Source: Chthonomonas calidirosea (GTDB lineage Bacteria; Armatimonadota; Fimbriimonadia; Fimbriimonadales; Fimbriimonadaceae). Taken from it: a stretch of DNA of 13,866 nucleotides. The DNA lies in the NCBI GenBank assembly GCA_945859975.1, contig CAMAPH010000056.1, positions 1-13,866 of the forward strand, read 5' to 3'. Positions 13,466 through 13,866 of the stretch are shown here, one piece after another. Each line of letters starts with the position of its first letter. Position 1 is the stretch's first letter. The position numbers were made by a program, and so were the translations under genes. The notes below the pieces were generated by a model. It was given only the letters and a program-made list of their open reading frames with translations. It was not told the DNA's origin and did not search any database.

Positions 13466-13866
13466 GTGCCTTTGGCGACCCTCCGACCCGTCCGCCTTTC
13501 TGCCGACGACCGCGCGGCGATCATCGACGAGATCGAAGAGAATTCCGCTTCATGTCGTCGGTACTACGTTCTAACCGTGTTGGCGTCCGTCATTGCCGCC
13601 GTCGGTTTGCTTACGAACAGCCCAGCCACCATCATCGGAGCCATGATCATCGAGCCTTCCATGGGGCCGATCTTGGGCTTGTCTCTTGGTCTCGTCCGGT
13701 TTCGAGCGGCGATGAAGCGGGTCGCGATAATCGCGCTGATCTACGGAAACTTGATCGCCTTCGTGCTTGGTTTCGTGATCGGGAGCCTCCCGCTAAATTA
13801 CGGCGTAACCGCAGAAATGGCGAGCCGCGCCGCACCGACCTTCCTAGACATGGTCGTGGCCTTCGC
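13466..13866 (+). CDS. DUF389 (TIGR00341-type) membrane protein, partial, runs off the right edge
   Basis: Not in the ORF track. My translation from GTG 13466 is open to the edge: MPLATLRPVRLSADDRAAIIDEIEENSASCRRYYVLTVLASVIAAVGLLTNSPATIIGAMIIEPSMGPILGLSLGL...EMASRAAPTFLDMVVAF. The IA..GL..NS.A.IIGAM.I.P.MGPI and E..SR..P...D motifs are characteristic of DUF389. Confidence 0.88.
   Translation, partial: MPLATLRPVRLSADDRAAIIDEIEENSASCRRYYVLTVLASVIAAVGLLTNSPATIIGAMIIEPSMGPILGLSLGLVRFRAAMKRVAIIALIYGNLIAFVLGFVIGSLPLNYGVTAEMASRAAPTFLDMVVAF

Noticed and set aside
13647..13835. 62-aa minus-strand Arg/Ser-rich ORF
   Set aside because: The plus strand here encodes a recognisable DUF389 protein.

Overview
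Gene-dense bacterial chromosomal window with no mobile element, RNA gene or CRISPR array that I can see. Protein style suggests Armatimonadota/Fimbriimonadia, which is an impression only. On the left, a minus-strand run of upp, yggS and a probable sepF (cut by the window edge) diverges from a long, tightly packed plus-strand run at 1425-12361. That run is glmU, prs, six uncharacterised membrane-associated genes, recO, an OppA-type lipoprotein, an unusual AraC regulator and an MlaF-like ABC ATPase. After it come a Spy/CpxP-like secreted protein behind an ECF-type promoter motif, a convergent GNAT acetyltransferase and a partial DUF389 membrane protein. The best candidate for an undescribed system is the six-gene overlapping membrane module at about 3765-8021, built around a DUF6754-like protein. 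It has roughly 19-20 predicted TM helices and two possibly paralogous anchored alpha/beta subunits predicted to face opposite sides of the membrane. It lies upstream of a substrate-binding protein and an ATPase that have no permease in the window.
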